NCBI RefSeq assembly: GCF_037042905.1
Contig: NC_087263.1
Coordinates: forward strand, 6,572,001-6,636,000
Source of the DNA: Lytechinus pictus
Taxonomy: Eukaryota
Direction of reading: 5' to 3'
DNA length: 64,000 bases
Part shown: positions 62,918-64,000 of the stretch, piece by piece
Layout: each line of letters starts with the position of its first letter
Numbering within the stretch: the stretch's first letter is position 1
Position numbers and translations under genes: made by a program
The notes under the pieces: generated by a model
What the model was told of the DNA's origin: nothing
The model's database searches: none
Seen by the model: only the letters and a program-made list of their open reading frames with translations

Positions 62918-63037
62918 ATGTTTGCGTCGAGCTAGTTGTCGCCATGGCCTGGATAGTTGTAGGTTTTAATCCAGTGGTTATGACAGTGGCAGGCTGAGTC
63001 GTCGTTGGCGCTCTGGTAGTTCGCCTCCGTCGCTTAC
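62918..63037 (-). CDS. Probable upstream exon of the mucin-like gene (KRRRRTTRAPTTTQPATVITTGLKPTTIQAMATTSSTQT)
   Basis: 120-nt Thr-rich exon with a pyrimidine-rich acceptor (tttttaaatcAG) and a GTATGA donor. Phase 1-1, in frame with the large exon. More 5' exons were not identified. Confidence 0.65.
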
Positions 63038-63082
63038 CTGATTTAAAAATGGTAAATTTAAGAAAATTAAATGAAATGGCAT

Positions 63083-63307
63083 CAGGGGCGGCGTCGGGAT
63101 ATTTTGGTGGGGGCGTCATGTGAAGTTGTTAACAAGGCGTCATAATTTCATCAGTGTAAATATGGGGGTATGATAGAGTAACACGATTTCCTTTTATACT
63201 CTTCTTTTTTTTATTTGCTTCCCATTTCCTCCATATCATTCCCCGTCTTAACTACTTGAAAAAAAATCACAAGAGAGACAAACACCCTGCCCCCGGTGCC
63301 GCCCCCG
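63083..63307. mobile_element. hAT-type MITE
   Basis: CAGGGGCGGC...GCCGCCCCCG termini; 8-bp TSD aatggcat / aatgtcat (one mismatch). Confidence 0.7.
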
Positions 63308-63939
63308 AATGTCATTGATGTTATTCATTTTATTTTGATTATACAATATCACATAGGTCTATATATTACCCACACAATGTACAATTTTCTTGGAAGGAAC
63401 CGATTCTTCCTCGCTCTTCTGCTCATGCAACATTATTTCTGAATTTGATTATTTTGATTATTGTTTTATTGTTTTTATTTTTTATTTTAGTTTATTTCGT
63501 TTTGTTTCTTATACATTTATTCTATTCTATTTTTTTTTCTTTGGGGGGAGGGGGCAAGAGGCGGGTAATCTAATTATGTAACACTTCACATGCAATTGCA
63601 GTGCCATGGTATTTTTATAAAAGAAAAAAGGATGGCATGATGAACTTATGGAAATGTAATCAGTCATGCCCTTAATGCCGACCAAATCGTTCACGTCATA
63701 CCAGAGACATACAATAGATCGCTTTGAAATATTAATTGTAACTGTATTTTAATTGTTACCGACTATCAGAATCGTTCAATGAACTGAATCACATTTTGGC
63801 CAAATAATAGACATTGTATAATTGATGTGTGTATATTATAAACTAGTTGGCCCCGGTGATTACTGAAAAATGATTATATGTAAGGTCTATTATCATTATT
63901 AGTGTTGATATTTTTTATTGTTATCATTATTTTTATTAT

Positions 63940-64000
63940 CATTATTATTATGGTAATAGTAATAGGCAATGCGCCATCTATTTAGAAATAATCTATTCCG
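63940..64000 (-). mobile_element. Tail of the same SINE family as 4112-4428, cut by the window edge
   Basis: taggca..gcgccatct.tt.tagaaataatctattccg matches 4141-4185. Confidence 0.55.

Overview
AT-rich, repeat-dense animal genomic DNA with spliceosomal introns, SINEs, LINE 3' ends and many MITEs. It is probably an invertebrate deuterostome such as a sea urchin; this is inferred from repeat and gene types and was not verified. Positions 1-50.1 kb hold a cluster of six class A aminergic GPCR genes with intronless CDSs, most similar in motif pattern to histamine H3/H4 receptors. Two copies (A1, A2) lie on the minus strand in a ~6.6-6.8 kb tandem array that appears to continue left of the window. 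Three copies (B1-B3) lie on the plus strand in a second tandem array, followed by one diverged copy (C). All six keep D3.32, DRY and NPxxY, but they differ at key pocket and switch positions (5.46 E/E/E/G/G/S; 6.48 Y/Y/W/W/W/W; 6.51 Y or S). Next is a three-exon PhnZ-like HD-domain phosphonate dioxygenase gene (53239-55226, +) with all metal ligands intact but one in-frame TAG in exon 2. Convergent to it is a large Thr/Ala-rich mucin-like gene (minus strand) built from ~140 copies of an 8-residue TQATTNAP repeat. No true tRNA, rRNA or CRISPR features were found.
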